64,000 nucleotides of DNA. Source: a virus. The translations under genes were made by a program, and so were the position numbers. The stretch covers positions 3,599 through 67,598 of IMG/VR virus record IMGVR_UViG_3300031251_000015; one strand, written 5' to 3'. Shown here in pieces: positions 60,271-64,000 of the stretch. The notes beneath the pieces were generated by a model. That model did not search any database, was not told where the DNA came from, and was given only the letters and a program-made list of their open reading frames with translations. Within the stretch, counting starts at the first letter, position 1, and each line of letters begins with the position of its first letter.

Positions 60271-60325
60271 AATTGTAATTCTTTCTTGCCGATACTAATA
60301 TAGAGGAGCATATAAGGAGGCTCAA

Positions 60326-60538
60326 ATGATATATATAAATCAAATGGATTTAACAGACATTCCTATTTATGGACCATATAGTCAAGGAAGCCAGACACCT
60401 AATATCCAAAAAATGATGCTGGCCATTATGGAGCTTCAACAAAAATTAACAGAGGTATCAGGTCTTGTAGATGTATTAATGACAGAAAACATGAAATTGA
60501 AGGCTGATGTAGCTATTTTCAATAAGATGAGAACTTAA
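60326..60538 (+). CDS. Small coiled-coil protein
   Basis: AAGGAGG RBS. Confidence 0.6.
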   Translation: MIYINQMDLTDIPIYGPYSQGSQTPNIQKMMLAIMELQQKLTEVSGLVDVLMTENMKLKADVAIFNKMRT

Positions 60539-60745
60539 ATGATAAGTGAGTTTCTTATTATATATGTTCCTACTGGTTCTTTTATTAGAGATATAGATAA
60601 CCTCCATCCATTAATTTTTATGACTTCTTCTGAAGCTAATAATTATTTAAATTATATATTTAAAGCAAATAACAAAGTTAAAGCATATACAAAACAATTA
60701 GAATATACTAAAAATGATTTTGTTATTATTGAAAGAAAAAAATAA
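60539..60745 (+). CDS. Small paralog family member
   Basis: FLIIYVPTGSFI...LIF.TS.EA...DFVIIE. Confidence 0.55.
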   Translation: MISEFLIIYVPTGSFIRDIDNLHPLIFMTSSEANNYLNYIFKANNKVKAYTKQLEYTKNDFVIIERKK

Positions 60746-61035
60746 TGTCAGAGTATAAAATCATAGATATTGTTAACGCTGCTTATTTGAGAGATATTTT
60801 TGGTGATGAACTTATTTTTACATCAGAAAAATTAGCAGTAGAATGTTTGGCACGAATGATAGACGACGCAAAGAAGCGTAATAAGCCACATAATAGAAGT
60901 GAGTTTGAGATTGTTTGTATCAATTATGGCCAAAACCTTATGGATCAAATAATTGGTCAAATGGTAGATAATTTAGCAACAGAAATTGATAAAGAACTAA
61001 TAGAATTAATGACCAATACTACGGAGATAAAATGA
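60745..61035 (+). CDS. Small paralog family member
   Basis: YKIID....YL...LIFTSEKLA...EFEIV. Confidence 0.55.
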   Translation: MSEYKIIDIVNAAYLRDIFGDELIFTSEKLAVECLARMIDDAKKRNKPHNRSEFEIVCINYGQNLMDQIIGQMVDNLATEIDKELIELMTNTTEIK

Positions 61036-61274
61036 CACGCGAACTACCTTTTGTAAATCTTAATCCAGTAATTCCATTTGCTGGTACAGTAGTTGAAATG
61101 ACAACCAAAGTAATTAAACTTTCAGCTACTACTCATGGGTTGACTACTAAATACATTGTTGAGAATGTTAAGCATTCACTGACACCAGGAGAATCTTTTA
61201 ATATAGAAGGCATTAGTTATACTTTTGCTGATCTAAATAATGGAACTTGGTCAGTAGTTATTGAGGAAGATTAA
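61032..61274 (+). CDS. Hypothetical protein
   Basis: GGAGA RBS. Confidence 0.55.
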   Translation: MTRELPFVNLNPVIPFAGTVVEMTTKVIKLSATTHGLTTKYIVENVKHSLTPGESFNIEGISYTFADLNNGTWSVVIEED

Positions 61275-62704
61275 ACTCCATACTTTTTAATAAGTTTATC
61301 CATAGTTCCCAATAAATCCAACGTATCAAAATCAATTTCACTATAATCTGGCTCAAAACCTTCTTCATTTTTATCTATTAAATATTGTAAATCCTGTCTT
61401 ATTGCTTTTAGATTTTGTATATTTTTATTATTCCATATACACTTTTTAACTAATTTTATTACATATGGAGGAAATCCATCTTTACCGCTTGGTTGATTAA
61501 GCCAGTTCATATTCATTATTATACGTATCATTCCTCCGTCATCCCAATTACCATAAGTTATTTTGTCCAATACCGACCAATTGAGTATTTGTGGAGTTCT
61601 TCGATAGATATCTAATATTATAGTGGCTTTTCTTTCAAGTGTTACTCTATTATGATATCCTGTGCCATATTTATCTGATATAAATGGTAAATTATTATAT
61701 GACTCATAAGAACATTGTCCCATCATTACTGCTTCAACAAATCGTTCATCTAACGTATTCAGTATTTCCCAATCTATATGCGTCCAAATTATTCCTGGTA
61801 TATTGGCTTCGTTTTTAAGGCCAATGTAAAATGCTTCGGCCATTAAGTCATGAAATTGTGATGGAGCGCCTTTAGCTAAATACTGCCATGTTTCAGGTGA
61901 TACTTCTTTAACATCTACTTTTCCACTACAAATTGCTTTTAATGTATTGATTTTCCATTTAAAAATCTTTTCACCTGCAGCATCGTAGTTATCGTTATTA
62001 ATATATTTATTAACTATATTACCCCATTTATCTGTTTTATATGGTTTATTTTTAGGATTGTTATGGGTATTATGTATTGCTTTTATACTAACTGGTGTAA
62101 TATCAGTACATAATTTTGAATCTAATACAAGTATTTGCCAAGGTTCAGCTGAGTTTATTATTCCTAAGCCCATATCATATAACGCACCAACACCATGTTT
62201 TAATAATAATTTAGTGAGAAATCCTTGAGTTATTATGTTATTAGTATTTTTGCATACATCTGTAAACATTTGAAACCAATTTCTACCGTGCCAATCTTGC
62301 TTCTGAGTGTCATCTCCAATTGTATTAAATAAAGAATCTATTTTTTCAACAGCATCTTTTTTTAATGCCGTTATATGTGCCGAGCTTATTTGTTTTGGTC
62401 CCGTTGTAGTATGAACATAAGGATTTTTTAAATCAACTCTAAATATGTTAGCTATTGGTCTATCAGTTCCATAAAATCTTGAAGAACCTTGTTTATAAAA
62501 CCATCCTAACGGATAAGCATAAATACCAACAGGATCATAATGTCCACGTGTATTAGAATTATAATTCATCCCAAATCTATCTTTACCAGTAAATCGAATA
62601 AACCAATTTTCTCTATCGTTTTCTGGTATCTTTTCGTATACTTCGTCAATCGCTGGCCATTCAGTTTCTTCTGTTAGTATAGGATTTTTAGTATCAAAGC
62701 TCAT
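61271..62704 (-). CDS. Probable virion protein with ADP-ribosyltransferase-like N-terminal domain
   Basis: ILTE|E site; FIRFT..RFG.N...PVGIYAYP and G..ALYD.G.GII...EP.QILVL. Confidence 0.4.
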   Translation of the reverse strand: MSFDTKNPILTEETEWPAIDEVYEKIPENDRENWFIRFTGKDRFGMNYNSNTRGHYDPVGIYAYPLGWFYKQGSSRFYGTDRPIANIFRVDLKNPYVHTTTGPKQISSAHITALKKDAVEKIDSLFNTIGDDTQKQDWHGRNWFQMFTDVCKNTNNIITQGFLTKLLLKHGVGALYDMGLGIINSAEPWQILVLDSKLCTDITPVSIKAIHNTHNNPKNKPYKTDKWGNIVNKYINNDNYDAAGEKIFKWKINTLKAICSGKVDVKEVSPETWQYLAKGAPSQFHDLMAEAFYIGLKNEANIPGIIWTHIDWEILNTLDERFVEAVMMGQCSYESYNNLPFISDKYGTGYHNRVTLERKATIILDIYRRTPQILNWSVLDKITYGNWDDGGMIRIIMNMNWLNQPSGKDGFPPYVIKLVKKCIWNNKNIQNLKAIRQDLQYLIDKNEEGFEPDYSEIDFDTLDLLGTMDKLIKKYGV

Positions 62705-62731
62705 ACATTTAATTACTTTTAAGGAGGTCTA

Positions 62732-62983
62732 ATGCTAACTAAAGAATGGCACAATACAGAAAACAAAGTGTCTTTAACTATATCTTATGACCCAGTTCAT
62801 GATATGTCTGTAACACCTGACGGGATTTGTTATAAGCTTAAACCATGGAACCTTAAACATATAGGGCTATACGGTGCTGGATTTATAGACGATAATAACA
62901 CTCAAATTACCTGTATGCGCGGCGATGATCCGTATAATCCGGTTATCCTGTTATATGAGAAACCAGCTCTGTCTAATCTCTAA
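62732..62983 (+). CDS. Hypothetical protein
   Basis: AAGGAGG RBS. Confidence 0.55.
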   Translation: MLTKEWHNTENKVSLTISYDPVHDMSVTPDGICYKLKPWNLKHIGLYGAGFIDDNNTQITCMRGDDPYNPVILLYEKPALSNL

Positions 62984-63022
62984 ACGCGAAGCCCCGATAG
63001 GATTTTCATAAAAAATATCAAC

Positions 63023-63050
63023 TAAAGTTCTACGAACACATGACGATACT
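63023..63050 (+). promoter_or_regulatory. sigma28-type promoter (best example of the class)
   Basis: TAAAGTTC-N11-GACGATAC, 21 nt before ATG 63072. Confidence 0.65.
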
Positions 63051-63071
63051 ACTTATGAGGGACAATAAAAA

Positions 63072-63269
63072 ATGGCACACTATGTAATTCTCGATACAGC
63101 ACTTAACGAATATATTAAGGTAGACTATATCAATATCTCTATTTGGACTAAAAAGCGTGAAGTAGAGCGTTGGGCTTATTATATCAATAAGCAGTATAAT
63201 ACTACCAATCAATATAAAGTAAAAGAATTAGCTAACGAAGAGTATTTTAAAGTAAAATATGAAAAGTAA
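63072..63269 (+). CDS. Small protein (possible paralog family member)
   Basis: HYVILDTALNEYI... Confidence 0.5.
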   Translation: MAHYVILDTALNEYIKVDYINISIWTKKREVERWAYYINKQYNTTNQYKVKELANEEYFKVKYEK

Positions 63270-63408
63270 TAAAACTAAAATATCTGACACACGTATCTGG
63301 CTTATCAAAGAACTATGTGATCCATATTATAACATTAGTAAAACAAAATTAGAAAAAATATTTCAGGTTAGTCGTCGTCAAATTGGGAGAATACAAAGTG
63401 AAAAATAG
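63259..63408 (+). CDS. Stand-alone HTH protein (not in ORF track)
   Basis: MKSNKTKISDTRIWLIKEL....ISKTKLEKIFQVSRRQIGRIQSEK*; resembles the endonuclease C-terminal HTH. Confidence 0.55.
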   Translation: MKSNKTKISDTRIWLIKELCDPYYNISKTKLEKIFQVSRRQIGRIQSEK

Positions 63409-63580
63409 TCAAGTAGAACATCTAAAAAACGTTATGACAGACGGAACTGCTTTCTATCGATATTCGTTTGAAGGTTCAGAAGTAGTAAAGTTTATGATCA
63501 GATATGCTCTTGATAACAATGATATCTCATATGTCAAAGCCCTATTGGAAGAACTGTTAAAGAACGCAGAAAAGATCTAA
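63383..63580 (+). CDS. Hypothetical protein
   Basis: Likely GTG start at 63398 after GGGAGA. Confidence 0.5.
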   Translation: MGEYKVKNSQVEHLKNVMTDGTAFYRYSFEGSEVVKFMIRYALDNNDISYVKALLEELLKNAEKI

Positions 63581-63581
63581 T

Positions 63582-63686
63582 ATGGAATATCTTGGATACT
63601 ATATAAGCCTACCTATTTTAGTTGCTATTCTTATATGGGCTTGCATATCCGCCTGTAATGACAAAGATGATAGGCCGGTGAAATAA
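63582..63686 (+). CDS. 34-aa membrane peptide (not in ORF track)
   Basis: MEYLGYYISLPILVAILIWACISACNDKDDRPVK*. Confidence 0.45.
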   Translation: MEYLGYYISLPILVAILIWACISACNDKDDRPVK

Positions 63687-63842
63687 ATGTCAAGATGTAT
63701 GATACAAAATAAAACAACTGGACAATACATATCCAGTTATAATAATGGTGCTGCTCTTATATTTCCAACAAGAGAAGCTGCGGAAGCCTGGATTAAAAAG
63801 CTACACAATGATAGCTTTACTATTATTGAACTTGGAAATTAG
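63687..63842 (+). CDS. Small paralog family member (not in ORF track)
   Basis: CMIQNKTTGQYI....LIFPTREAAEAWI...SFTIIE. Confidence 0.6.
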   Translation: MSRCMIQNKTTGQYISSYNNGAALIFPTREAAEAWIKKLHNDSFTIIELGN

Positions 63843-64000
63843 CTGTATTTGTTATTCTGTATCGTAGTTTTTATCTGGCTTAATATCTGTGTATTATTAG
63901 TAAATACCCAATCTTCTACTATCTTCTCTAATAAGATATTTAGATTTGGTGGATTAAATCGTTTACATATAGCTATTATTTTACTATTTTTTAGTAGCTC
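63839..64000 (-). CDS. C-terminus of a gene starting outside the window
   Basis: Open frame ELLKIVKIIAICKRF...QNNKYS* to the window edge. Confidence 0.45.
   Translation of the reverse strand, partial: ELLKNSKIIAICKRFNPPNLNILLEKIVEDWVFTNNTQILSQIKTTIQNNKYS

Noticed and set aside
1-64000. Genome-wide TAG recoding (code 15)
   Set aside because: Long structural and lysis genes are uninterrupted in code 11, and most TAG stops are followed quickly by another stop or a convergent gene.
63843-64000. Long open frame after TAG 63840-63842 as a read-through target
   Set aside because: Best explained as the antisense shadow of a convergent minus-strand gene.

Overview
This is a 64 kb segment of a large, AT-rich, T4-like (myovirus-type) dsDNA phage genome read in the standard genetic code. 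The minus-strand block at 1-18 kb carries the tail sheath N-terminus, tail tube, dNMP kinase, major capsid, scaffold, prohead protease, portal, terminase, a DPPY methyltransferase-like gene, a phage sigma factor, UvsX/RecA and a gp32-like SSB. The rest carries a 5'-3' exonuclease with an apparently dead paralog, an HD hydrolase, primase, a tRNA, a Pth2-like protein, several very large unknown (probably head-internal) proteins, a Cas4/RecB-like nuclease, a lysis pair, an intein-containing class II ribonucleotide reductase, gp47/gp46, RusA, dUTPase, baseplate gp5/gp53/gp25, FeoA, Hsp20 and many small genes. Most notable: (i) an amber-suppressor tRNA (anticodon CTA) in a non-recoded genome, preceded by a TAG-terminated mini-ORF and followed by a Pth2-like gene; (ii) two promoter classes, a sigma28/FliA-type TGNCGATAMT box before replication and accessory genes and an AATTAA box before virion genes that often lies 4 nt from the ATG, suggesting leaderless mRNAs; (iii) five intact homing endonuclease genes, an intein and four collapsed endonuclease fossils. 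All calls are by-eye motif recognition; no searches were run.
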